Source: Podarcis filfolensis | Lineage: Eukaryota | Strand: one strand, 5' to 3' | Assembly: GCA_964270895.1 (NCBI GenBank) | Contig: OZ185442.1 | Length of the DNA stretch: 64,000 nt | Shown here: positions 12,345 to 25,300 of the stretch, one piece after another | Position numbering within the stretch: the stretch's first letter is position 1 | Layout: the number at the start of each line of letters is the position of its first letter | Made by a program: the position numbers and the translations under genes | Notes under the pieces: generated by a model | The model's database searches: none | What the model was told of the DNA's origin: nothing | Seen by the model: the letters and a program-made list of their open reading frames with translations, nothing else

Positions 12345-13330
12345 CACTGTCAGGGGGGGCACGCAGTGTTTTACACACACACACTTGCACGCACTCGCAC
12401 CCCCTTTTCCTTTTCTGCAAAAGCCTTAAAACGATGCACACTGTCCGGCTGTAGTGTCCAAACCTCACACCTCCTTGCAGCACGGACAAACACACACGCA
12501 CTTGCCCGTGCACACACCCATGCACGCACGTGTGTAAGTGCAGAAAGCGGAGCAGTGTGTGTCGAAGGGGGGGGAGAGAGAGAGTAGAGAGAGAGATTTC
12601 CACTCCCCCCCCCACCCTGGGTTGATTGTCATCCTCGGTCGATCGTCACCTGTCCAGCGTGTGTGTGTATGTGTTCCCCCCCCCCCACTTCGCCCGCCCG
12701 CCACCCCTTTCTCTCCACTCACCCACCCACCCTTTTATATATATATTTATATTTTTTTCCCTCCGTGGGGTTATGCGGAGTGTCACTCACAGGTCCCCGA
12801 CATGTTCATCCCACTGCCGGTCCCTTTGGTCTTCCAAAGATCCGCCGGCCCGGAGAACGGATGGCGCCTCAAGTCGCCGCTCGCCCTGCGCTCTGCAAAC
12901 GGTAAGAAGAAGGGGGTGTAGGGGGCGGAAAGAGAAAGAAAGCAGCCGGCAAGTCAGCAAGGAACATAATGGGGAAAAGGAAGGGAAAGGGGGAAAGAAA
13001 AAGACGAGAGAGAGAGAGAATGAGAGAGATGCCACCAACTCTTGCAGGCGAGGAGAGAGAGAGAGAGAGAAAGAGGGGGAAAGGAGGGGAGAAAAAGGGG
13101 AAAGAGGGAGAGGAAGAAAGCGGAGATGGGCGAGCGGGGTTTTTATTCATGCGGTATTGATCCGGAGTGTCACTGCTCCGTATCGAACCTCCGGCGCCGG
13201 CATCCTGCGGTCGATAGACGGAGGGGGTGGGGGTCGGTGGGGGTGGGTGGTAAGCAGGGAAAAGAAGCCAAAGGCAGCCGCCGAAACCAACAGCACGCAG
13301 ACGCCGGTGGAAGAAGACTGGGCAAAAAAG
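12040..13330 (+). promoter_or_regulatory. CpG-rich promoter and first-exon region of the distal POU2F2 start
   Basis: CpG density is much higher than in the flanks. Contains G-runs and (CA)n/(GA)n tracts and surrounds exon 1a. A MEF2-type site (TTATTTTTAG, 11795-11804) lies just upstream. Confidence 0.65.
12802..12901 (+). CDS. POU2F2: POU2F2 distal alternative first coding exon (1a): [33 protein letters not shown] + G
   Basis: ATG at 12802 (gacATGt), 33 codons + 1 nt, donor G|GTAAGA at 12902. Phase 1 joins exon 55479 in frame (AAC G|AA = N-E). CpG-rich context. Resembles an MF(I/V)PLPVP...WRLKSPLA N-terminus I recall from fish and predicted tetrapod Pou2f2 isoforms. Confidence 0.75.
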
Positions 13331-16300
13331 AGAAAAAAGAAAGGGGGAGAAAAAAGAAAGAAAAAAGAGATCCCCCCACACTTTCACTTTTGCTGGCTGG
13401 GGGGGGGCGGTGAAGCCTTTGCTCCCACCCCAATCATCAAGTTATTTTTATTATATTGCTATTATTTCCCTATGAGGTTCTTCCTCTGTTCGGTATATGG
13501 GAAACACCAAGTAAGGTTTAGGGTTAGGCAGGTGGTGGGCTGGTGGGGGAGGATTTTTCTAGCCCAGAGAGAATTAGGGGGTGGGGGTGGACAGAAAGCA
13601 CCTGTGAGATCCAGTCTGGGAAGGTGCCCCCAAATAACCCCACCTGCCTCTTCTCCAATGCCAGCCAGTTCTGTCAAATTGTTCGCAGCCTCCCATAAGT
13701 ACCCCTTTTCATCAATTGACCCCCAAGAATATCCTGTTCGAGTTTCAGGTGCAACCCCGGTAAATGGTTACTCTAGTGCAATCATGCCAAACACCCCACC
13801 AATATTTTCTGGTTTTCTGCTTCGGATCCTCCCTCCAAATCTTCCCCACATCTAGTCAAATGCTTCTAACAATAATCTCCTGTTGAAGTCTCCCCCCCCC
13901 CCCCGCCATGTCTGCTTATGCCCACCCTCCTCCACCCACCAATTCTGCAAGTTAAATTCTGGAACTGTGAATAGTTCAGATTCTCTGTCTTCCTTGGGAC
14001 GGGGTGCTGCAGATGGGAAATGAGACAGGACCGTTGCCTTGTGTTTAAGGGGAATTTATGTCCCCTCCTACACCCCACAGCATTTGGGGTCTGCTTTGTG
14101 GCTCACAGCTCCCCTCTTCCGATTTTAGACATTTCCTCTGTATTCTAGTTACTGTTTGTTGTCAGCGTAAGATATATAGTTCCTCTGCCCGCCTCCCCCC
14201 CCCCCGTGTCAAGCTATTTCATTCTGCTATCCCCCCCTCCCATTCTACACACCTCACTATTATGTCTGGGCGCATCTTAAAAATAGACTTTTGGATTGCA
14301 CCTCTCGACCATTAGACTATGGACAGTGAACTCAAAAGATAAGTGGGGATGTGTTCCTTTGAAGTGATGGGCCTTCAGAACAGGGGAGAGGGGGGTGCAT
14401 GGGGGTCTAGTAGTTAGAGAAGGGAGGGGGGGGGCTGTCTCCAGAGCTGGGGCTCCTGAGGTCTATGAAGGGCTTTTCTAGGTGACCTTGGGGGGAAATT
14501 CTCTTCTGCCTCCTAAAATTATGAGGCAGTGGATTATACGGAATGTGCTGGGTAAGAATCTGTGTAAGAACTGGGACGGCAGTGATATTTTTGGGGTGCG
14601 ATGTGGGTGCTTATTAATGAACAAATTAGCAATAACCGCTGACTGGTAGATCTCCTTCTTCCCCTTCCCCTCCCGCTCCCCACCTCATGGAAGAGAACCC
14701 AGGCGTCCTGATGACTGATTTCCCCTACTCTAAGCAACTATACTCTGGGAGAGCTTCCTTTCCTTGGTAGACCTGACAGCTGGAGATTTAGGAGTATCAG
14801 GGATAGGGAAGGGTCAGGGCATGAAGAGAAATGTGGGCATTGGTGCATCAGTGGGTAAGGAGAGAAGCAACCCCTGTGAAAGGGTAAAGGCAAGAACGGG
14901 GCGACCCAAAGGGAGGGGGGAACGACAGGAGGCAGTTTTATAATCTGTTCCTGACACGTTCTATGGCTGGCGGGTGGGTGGGTGGTGGGGGTTCAGAGAA
15001 GTGGCTTTGCAGAGCTGGCCCTGCATGCACACCCCTCCCCCCCTGCTCTGCTGCAGCCAGCGCGGTGTGGAAATTGTATTGGTGTCAAGCCCAGTCCGTG
15101 CTAATGAACCCGGAGATCTGGGAAGCGAAGCTTGTTCAGAGGCAGAAATCGATTTTCCAGCCTGTAGTAACTGCCCCCACCTCCACCCTCTCATGCTCCT
15201 TCCTTCCCTCTCTTTCTTTCTCTCTCTCTCTCTCTGGTCAGAGAAGTCAGTGTGTTTGGTGTGTGTCCATCCTTCCATCCTTGGCGCTTTCCACATCTAG
15301 GTCTGGATGTGGGGTGTTGTGGGATGGCACAAAGCCAGCCAAAGTTCTTTTCGTGGTGGGTGTGGAACCTGGATAGCTGTGCACAAGGGGGAAATGCGCA
15401 TTGTGGACCTTGTCTTGGCATGTTACATTTGTGTTGTGCACTGGCAAAATAATCATAAAGTAAAACTCCATGGGGCAGCCATCAAGGTTTTAGGTACTGT
15501 ACTAAGATCAATTCAGGGGAACTTAACGTTATTGGGAATCAGTTTTCCTTTTCTTTTCTGGGCCTGATAATATATACTTGGTCAGCTGAGTGGGAGGCAG
15601 AGGCCCAGATGGCTGGACAAGCATCCCGTGGCTGTAGGATAGTTACGCCATGCCCTCCTGCATGCAATGTGTGAATGTGTTTTTATGCAGGAGTGTTTGC
15701 CACTGGTATCTCTACACAAGGTTGTGCCTCCTTAGTGTCTTGTGGTCTGTTTACAGTGACACGTACATCCAGTTCATGTTTTTGCATGTGATTTAGGCTG
15801 TGATCTAGGCTGCTTTTGCATTTTTAGCATTACCTAGCTCCATAAGTCAAATAAAAAACCCATGGTAGATAGAACATGCATTTCAAATTGTGATGTCTCT
15901 ATTCAAAAAAATAATACATTTTGAAAAAGATTTTTTTTAAAGGTTTAGGAACATGCCTTTTTAGTGTGTTGCTTCTAGTTTTTAATGTTGTCTTTGGAAA
16001 CTTTAAAGATCCATGTAGGTAATACCGTCATTTCACCAGTTTTGGTGATAGCATAAGGTTGCAAGCTTTTGAGCTAGTCAGAGCTGTTCTTCAGACAGTA
16101 GGCACCAGTCTTTGTAATATTAAGTGCCAGAAAGATGAGAAAGAATTTGGCAGTGATGAAGGTTGCTATGCTTTTATTTAAACTCCCCAGATGTATTGGG
16201 TGATATCCAGTGTTTGTCATACACAGAGTAGACCCGGTGAAATCAGTGGACTTAAGTATATTAGAAGAGTCTTTCTGGATCAGACCAAAGACCCAAAAAA

Positions 16301-19300
16301 ACCATTACCCTGTTCGCACGGTAGCCAGCCAGATGCCTATGGGAAGCCCGCAAGCCCAACAGCACTTTTTTCAACTATGCTCCCCAGCAACTGGTATTCA
16401 GAGGCAAACCACTTCTGATTCTGGTTGTAGTACACAGCCACCGTGACTAGTAGCCATTGATAGCCTTATTCTCCATGAATTCATCTAAACTTTTTTTTAA
16501 AGCCATGCAAGTTGGCTGTTACACTAGGAAACTCCATCGTTGAACCATGTGAATAAATGTGAAGAAATATTTCCTTTTGTCTGTCCTGAATGCCAAGTCC
16601 AATCATTTCAATCATTTCTGCTTTGACTATGACTTGGATATCACCCAGCGCAGGATGGCAGAATTCGGAAAGGCACTGTAACTCAATAGGCAAGCCACCC
16701 CCAAGCTGACCCTGAGCCTCCACAGTGTATTTCGGATTCCGTTTCAGACTTGAGCATCCATTCCTATTGATGGCTTTTGGGATTTGATTCAAACCCATGG
16801 AGAACTTCAGCTTTGAATCTTTCATTTGGCTAAACTTTGATTCGGGCTACATTGCTTTGGTAGCTGGGAGCTCGTTTAGTTTGCTTTGTGGGCTGATTAA
16901 AATCAAAGCAGGCACCTGTCAAAAAATCTGAGCACAAGTTATATACTGAATTCCCATATACCCAGTTGACACTGGCAAGTAATACATTTGCTAATAGCAA
17001 ACTAGGCCCTCAATGAGTGTGGATTTCAAGGACAAAGTTTCTGAAAGGAAGGAAAAATTCCATGAATGTGCATTATTTTGGACTGAAATTTATTATTTTA
17101 TAATATAGCACACCATAAAGTGCTATGCAATCTCTACTTTACTGCCTAAGTACTTTAGAGGTTGCTCTTATTTCCATTTCATATATTGAGAACCTAAACA
17201 CCAAAGCAGATGGACAATAGCTTGTTTAGGATGTGCCGATAGCAGTCGATGCATGTAGCCATTTTCATTGTAAGGAGTGCATTGTGAAACCACCAAACAT
17301 TTGACTTTTTTTGACGTGGTGAGAGGCCTTGTATGAATGCTCTGATATGTATCCGTTCAAACCAGATATATAGCTATTTGTTTGACCAGAAGCTGGTCAG
17401 CCGAGTAGACCAGGCATAGGCAAACTCCGGCCCTCCAGATGTTTGGGACTACAATTCCCATCATCCCTGACCACTGGTCCTGTTAGCTAGGGATGATGGG
17501 AATTGTAGTCCCAAACATCTGGAGGGCCGGAGTTTGCCTGTGCCTGGAGTAGACCTTTCACATCACAGGAATTTCATGGCATCTTCCTCATGGTGATTTT
17601 TACATGCCATTTTGCCCAAGAAGTTTGTGATTGAGGTGAGTGCAAAACTCAGGTCTGCCATACCCACTGTTTGGTTTTCGTGGACATTGTATGTTTGCAA
17701 GTGCTTTATTTTTAACCATGCACAACTGATGGTAATAGCTCATGGTACATGCCTTTATGATGTGTGTATGAATGTCTGCCGCCAGATGACTGGGTTAAAA
17801 GAGAAAGGATAGGCAAACAGATGGAGGAGACACTAACATCCGTACTCAGGGAGTGCAACTGCTTAAACTTGTCAAAAAAAGGCATGGCTATATACGATAC
17901 CTAAATCTCCTACTTCCTCCGTGTGGACAGATCTTTCCCTCTAGGCTCGGTAGCTGTGCTTAGAAGCCCTTGCAAATGGTCCTCTCTTAGAAGTGGGATA
18001 TTTGGTGAGATGGGACAGTCAAACTGATGTGGTATGGTGGGGATTCTGCGTGGGGTTATGTATGCAGGCAAGTGATGGCTATGGCACTGGGCTTGATAGT
18101 GTCTTCGCTCTCCTATGGTATCCGGGGCTGAATCGCCATGTCATTTCCAACACCTCTCGATCCAGTTGTGCTCAGATCCTGGGCGGAGCGGCTTCTTCTT
18201 ATGGCACGGGCAGATAGGGATGTGCCCCTTGCTGGGTTGTGCCCTAGCTGATCCCAGACAATATGGAATCATAAGGAGCCTGGGCAAGGGGGATGGGAGA
18301 TGATTAGTGCATGTGGGGGTATTTCTATACAGTGGCTGCAGGAGGGCCGGCTTGTCTTTGCAAAGCTCCGGTCCTCTTCCCCCCTCCCCCCGCCTCCCTT
18401 TGCTGCCTCCTCCCCTCCTTTCTCCTCTCCTCGCCTCTGCTTTTTCCCTTAAATAATAATCATAAAAAGGTCAGCGGCAGGAGAGCTGCACACCCTGATT
18501 GGCCGAGCTCTGGGCCCTTTGTTCCAGCCGAGCCTCCGGGCACAGCCACGCGCCAGGGTCAGCAGGATTGGGGGGGGGAGGAGGACAGGCCTCCCAAGGG
18601 ACTGGCCATTGGTGATGGGAGGGGGGGTCAGTGCTGAGGCTCATGTGTGTGTGTCTGTGTGTATGAAGGGGGGGGAGAGCTGAGGGCAGGGTGAAAAACC
18701 TTCTCTTGCAGAGACAGCTTTTCCACCCTCCCCGACCCCTTAGCCTCTGCCTGCTTCTTTTCCTCTCTTCCTCTTGCTGTCTCTGTCCACCTTCCTCCAT
18801 CCATATCTCTTTTTGTCTTTTCCTCCTGGAGAAGATCTCTGCGTGAGGTGGGTGCACCTTGAAGTCGCCCACACATATATGTGTCGACCTGGTGTCACTA
18901 AAAATTGTGCTGGTTTTGGGATGTAGGCCAGTGTTGCAGAGGGTTCACCTGTTTTCCCCACTTCTACAATCCCCATGCACACCTTACACAGTTTTCACAA
19001 CCCATTGGTAATATCCTGCCCTCCTGGCCTGTGTAAAGTGCCCTACTCATCTCTAACACCTCCACACTATGTTTCCCATTTCATCTGCCTTCCTTATTGT
19101 ACAAGCCTTTCCACTCTCCTTGTCCCCAGATCTTTCCCTTGTTCTTTTCCCCCCGAACGTGCAACCCTGCCAGCTGCATCAGTTTCTCATCTCTTGAGTT
19201 CTTTCCTCTTCATTCCAAATATTTTGGCTTTCATGCTTTTTTCTCCCCTTACCCTGGAGTTGTTTCAGCTTGTTCCCCCTCACTCCCGTGCTGCTACAAA

Positions 19301-22300
19301 TAAAGGTTTCTGGAGACCCTTATATTTAAGGGGCGACACCTATTTCAGAACAGTTGCAGCACCACAGAAAACACCCACACCTAGCCCCAAAGTGTGCCAG
19401 GTTGTTGACATTTTGTGTGGAAGCTGCCAAGTTGACCGAGCAAGCGAGAGACGACAATGCAGTGGCTGCAAGTTGCTTCAGGGTGATGGCTCACCCAGGA
19501 AATCACCAGGAGCAGATATTTGCCTGCACCAATACTTTCTCCCACTTTGAATCTTCCCCACTACCTTGTGCCTTGCTGACAGCACACCTTTCCCAGAGTC
19601 AGGAACCCTCTCTGATCTCTGCATCTGCTTGCATTTCCCATCCTGCTACCTCTTCCAGTTTTCTGCAGTTCTCCTTTCTGTTCAGCGTGGTGGGTCTCCT
19701 TCACCAATTCTTGCAATTTTCACGTGCCGAAACTCTCCCTGTAGCCCCCTTTTTCTGTTCTTTTTCTCTCTTCAGCCCTGTCACAGGCTGGACACAGGGT
19801 ATGTTAATTCTGATAGCTAAGGTAAAATGGCTGCTGTACTGATGTGAACAACAGTGGGCATGAGAGCTGTCACTAGGCTGGTGTGTGTACTAGTGGCAGT
19901 GAGGGCAGCATATGGATAAGTACATTGAGCAGCTACTGGGTTAGCCATCTTGAGACTGATACCCATACCCTGGTTTTAGACAGACTCGTGGTTTGTTTGT
20001 TTTTCAACCAGCGTATTCTGCAACATGTTGTTGATGCAATAACAGTGCATTAGTGGTGGATTTACAAAGGACCATCCACACATTGTTCCTCTTTATTGAG
20101 TGTTCTGTGATACTTCCTCAATGCTGCTGCACTGTTACTACCTGGAGGGGCTATATTGCACAAAAGTGGGACAACCCCCACCTCAAACCCTAGAAAATTT
20201 GTGCTATTAAAAAGTTACAGGATTTCAGCGGTATATTACAGCAGGACATGCACTGATTGGAAACAAAGCAGTAAGGCCATCACAAAACTCTTGCAGGTGC
20301 AAACAGTATTGAAATCATGTGTAACTGCCCTGATACCATCACGTGCCCGAATGGTGTCTTGAGGGGCCTTTTGTCTCTTAGGTCCACTCCCCTCCCTGAA
20401 ATGTATTATAGGGGATAAAAATAGTGGCCCGTCTTATAAGTGTGTTTTGAGAAAAAGTTGCAAAACTGTACCCAAATGCAGTGCTTTCCTTTCCTCCATA
20501 GCAGTGAATTGCTGCTTGTATATTCTGTCCTATAGAACTTGATGCAAATGTGTCTTAATGGTGGGATTCATGTAGATGCATATTGCCTGTATCATTTACA
20601 AATTGCTGACATGTGAGATGAGTTTTGTGGACTTCCATGAAGCTCATAGCATGCTGTGGGGGTGACTTGATTCACACAGTGAGTCCTCTGTGCATACATC
20701 CAATAGATTTTCTAAAACAAGAAAGGATCTAACTATGCCCTAGACTAGAGCAAAGGTGGGCAGAAATTAGTTCAGGATCTTCTAGTAGATCTTTTGGTGA
20801 TTTGCAGTATATTAGCAAGAGTTTCTGACTCCCAGTTGTTTTAAGAATAGCAATAACTAAAGAATAGCAATAACTAAAAAGCTTCTCACCTCCTTACCCT
20901 AATTACGGTGCTGAAACAAAAAACGAGAGGTGGGTGGGTGTGACCAGCAGTGGGTTTTCATGTCAGATTGGTTCAGGTACTGACTGCAAATTCCTGGACT
21001 GAGCATATGCTCAGAGACACCCTGCTCCTCAGTTCTTACTGTATGTCTGCCTCCCTGAGCTTCAGTTTTACGCCAGGCTCTAGTTGGTGAACTTCAGGTA
21101 AAAAGCAAGCAAGCAAGTCTGAGGTCTGCCTACTCCAGCTCTGGAGGAAATGGAAGGAATATGTGACTGCATGACCACAGATTGCACGGATCTGTGAGTA
21201 CAAAAACACATACAATCCTTTGTATAGATTCTTGCAGAACACATGTGGCATGTGTGGGATAGCTCCTTGAGCATTGTGGAAGGGTGGCTGTGCACTGTAG
21301 GCTGAGTCTCTTGGGTATGTGCACGAATGGCTATTGGACAGCCGGTTGCCGATGCCACTTGCTGCTGGAAAACCATACAAGGTGCTCTGGTGGAACAGTT
21401 GCAGAAGAACTGTTGGATTATTGCATGGCTACATGTGCTGGTCTTTATGGTAGAGTTGGTCATGTGTGTGTGAATCGTTGTGGGGTGACTGTGCATTCAA
21501 GTTTTTGGAAATGCACGGTTTTTATTTAATGTGCCTTCAGATTACCTTATTGATGTGGCTAGCGAGTGTTTGCATTCTCACAGTGTTGGAACCTTTTTTT
21601 GCTCCAAACCATCCTCCACAAACTTATCCAATCCTGTTATGTCAGAGTGAAGTCCTTTGTGTATGAACAGCAGAACATTTTAGCAGCCTTGAGACGATGA
21701 AGTTCAAGATCTTCTGTGCCTGTGAGTGCCAGCATATGCAGAAACATGTAGGCTTTAATTGAAGTGGGCAACTGAAGGAATAGTTGTTGCACAGATGGAA
21801 CCAGCCAGAACAGAAGAAGGCAGATGGATTTTCTCGGAAATCGGTGGTTTGCAACTCAAAGGGAGAAATTTGCAACACAATTCCTGCTGTGGGTTTGCAC
21901 ATCACCACCGAGAGTAGGAACAAGTATGGACTGCTTAGTAGAATAGAATTCCCGCAGCAAATAGTTAAAGGGTTTTCTGTTTTGATTTCAAGTCAGGGAC
22001 AGTATGGTCCAGTAGATAACATTGTGATTGTTTATTTACTAGGAAGTCATTATGACAGGTGGGATGTGTGTTTGTGCGGAGAGAGGACTTGCATATTGCA
22101 AGGACTCATGGGGGGATAGTAGTGCTTCTCTTTGTAATGTGTACACACCATGGGTTCCCTGTTGTTGAAGGCCAGGCCACTCAGAAGCAAGGGGATAGGG
22201 CTTTTTGCCCTCAACACAGAACTGTCCCCAGGTACAGTACTTTATTATCCCCTATGGGAGTGAATGGCAGCTGTTCATGTGTGCTGGAGAAAGCAAGGAG

Positions 22301-25300
22301 TTGAATCAAGGCATAATAACTGGGATAGGGGCTAATTCTGCTCCCTGCTCTTGGGAGGGAGCCAAGCTTGCCTCCATAGGCATACCTCCATCCTGGGTTA
22401 GTTAGATCACTTTTGTCTTTGGCTCCTTCCACCACTGGCTCTGGCTCCACCCACCACCAGCATGTGGCCCCTGACAGATTACCCCTGAAGGAATGTGGCC
22501 CTTGACAGAAAAAAGGTTGATTTCCCCTTCTTTTGATGATCAACTGGCTTTTATATCTGCATGCTTCTCTTCCTCCAGGGGACACATGGTGGAGGAAAGG
22601 TGTGCATGGTCTCTCTTTGCACATCTTTTGTCTCCACTCTCACATCATGCGCAAATGCCTTTTTTGCTTGAGCATCTGTGCACTGTGAGCCATAGCAGCT
22701 TGTCTCATGAGTGGCGCTGTGAATGTGGAATAGATGAAGATTGGCTTTACTCGTTAAAAGTCACGCATAAACGATGAGTGAATATAATTTCTATAATATC
22801 AAGTTGTCCTATATTGCAGCGTTGTGACCAAATGAGAATGGAGCACTTTGGGGAATTCAGGTAGTAAGGCATGTAGTAGTAGTGTAAATGGTGCACTTAG
22901 TCTAATGGGTCGCTCTGCAGGTGGGCAAAAAGGAACAGCTTTTATGTTCCAGAACCCCTGTTCTTCTTCATATACACTTTCCGCCCAATCCTATGCAGCG
23001 CCAAATCCCACTTAGCAGAGTGGAACTGTACTCTCAAATAAGCATGCGTAGGGTTGCTGCCTTTGGGTGGCTCTCTATGTTACGAAGCAGACACAGCATT
23101 CTCATGTTTGCCTGGCAAGGCAAAGGGGGAAAGGATGTTTGCAGGAGAAAATCCACGCATGGGGGCTGCTCAGCACTTCTTGCGCCTGTTGATTCTCTTC
23201 TGCAGAGATCTCCTGCTGCTTCCATCCTTTTCCATCCCTTCATCCCTTCCCAGTTGGCCTCTGGGAGCCTGGAGGGAAAATTGACTCATTTGCAGAGAGG
23301 GAAATCAACAGGTAGAGGAAAAACAACAAAGTAAAGTAGACGCACCTCCTTCTTTACCCACTGATTTTCCTTATAAGTGTGTTCCCTGCATTTGTATTAC
23401 TTCAGCAAATTTAGTTTTGGTACTGTGTGTTTTGCCTTCAGGTGAAACCACACCTATGTTGGTACTATTCTTCTGACACATCCCAACCCTGTTGTAACCA
23501 CTTACAGGGACATGTAAAGGAGGGAAGTTAGGGAAGAAAGCTGCAGTGGAGGATGTTAAGACTTTGTACCTTGCCCATTAGATGGAAACAGCAAGGATTT
23601 ATTGCATCAGTTGTTTAAAACATTTATATCTTGGCCCTTTCCATTACTATCAGAACTTCAGTGCAGCTTCCCAAAATCAAAACACTCTGCCAATATAATC
23701 TGATAAAAGCCACAACTAAAATAGAGAGCATCATCATTTGTCAAAAAGTCCAGGCAAAGAAAATTGTTTTTAATTCCTGTTAAAGGGCAGAAGAAAGGAT
23801 GGTAAATAAATGTTTCTGAGGGAGGCATTCCACAGTCTGGAAGCCATCACAGAGAAGGCTCCGCTCCAGATCCCCTTTTGCCTAATCCCGGTGTGCCTGG
23901 AGCAGGGCTTTCAAAGACCATCTTATGGGCAGAAGACAGGGATGTGTGTGTAGAAAGTGGGAAACTGGGAGGCAAATGCTCAAAATGTGGCTAGAGATTT
24001 GCTTGAAGGCTAGAAAGTTCTGCAGACGGTTTGTGAGGTTGACAGGTCTTATGGCCAAATCATTGAAGCAAAGGGTCTCATTCACAGACGCAACTTCTTT
24101 GCCCCCTATGGCAACGGTTCTGTTTTTCCTGAAGTGTGGTTACCATTGATGCCTAATGACTAGCTGTGTAGGTGTGAAACAAGATTGCTGCAGCGATGAG
24201 CAAGATCCAGGGTGGGGGATGGGAGGGAGGGAGGAAAGGGGAAAGTTCCACAGCAAAAATGGTGCATATAAATATCTACAGGACTCCCGCCAGCCTGGTT
24301 TCCCCACCTGCCAATGCTTTGGACTACAACTCCTGATCCATACTATCTAGAGGGCACCAGGTTGTTGAAGGCTGTTCTGTAGTATCAAATATTAGAATAC
24401 CTTTGTTTGAAATTTGGTCGCTTTGTGAATCTGGTTTAATTTCAGCAACGTCCAAGTAAAACGTACCTAGTATTGCAGGCTCATGCTAGGTTGGGGAACC
24501 TGTGGTCCAGCTCTATCAGCATGGTTGATGGCCAGGGACTATGAAAGCCCAACTGGTAATATGAGGGACTCAAGTTCCCAACTCCATGGTGCAACAAATC
24601 AGGTGGTTATTCTGGAGGTAGTTAATTTTTTATTCAGGGAGGGTGAATTAGTACAGGCGTGGCTGTAACTCACTCTACAGGTCAAGGAAAGGGGAGTGCA
24701 GAAATAGTGAGAGTGGTGTGATGGATATACAGTTGGCTTTGTTAGTTCCAGGTCTAAAGCCTTCTCAGCCATGAACCACACTGGGTGACCTTGGACTTGT
24801 CATCGGCTCTGTTGGCACGTCACAATAAGCAAAACAATGACTTACCATGAAAAACCAAGCATGCTCATGCACAGGAAGAAAACAGTGTCCTCTTCACTAC
24901 TCACCTGTTTCTGCTGCTGCCACACTGCTAGGTGCTAAGCCATGGTTTGGCACAGCATTACACCAGAGCCTGGGCTCATGGTTTGCTTCCTCTAAACAAA
25001 CTCTGAGCAGTAAGCCAAAAACAAACTTTGGTTGCAGCTCATGGTTTCTTTTGCAAACCACCCTGTGCTCCTTGGAGGATGGACAGGAAACCAATGTAAT
25101 ATATAGAAAGGATAGAACATGGGTAGGCAAACTAAGGCCCGGGGGGGCGGATCCGGCCCAATCGCCTTCCCAATCCGGCCCACGGGCGGTCCGGGAATCG
25201 GCATGTTTTTACATGAGTAGAATGTGTGCTTTTATTTAAAATGCATCTCTGGGTTATTTGTGGGGCCTGCCTGGTGTTTTTACATGAGTAGAATGTGTCC

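Noticed and set aside
12626-13855. 409-aa ORF, the longest in the track
   Set aside because: It runs out of frame across exon 1a and through purine-rich and microsatellite tracts that lack stop codons for compositional reasons. The R/E/K/G low-complexity product has no recognisable domain.
20843-20876. 17-bp tandem duplication (a similar short one lies at about 25997-26028)
   Set aside because: Ordinary replication-slippage duplications with no array structure. Nothing CRISPR-like exists in this eukaryotic window.
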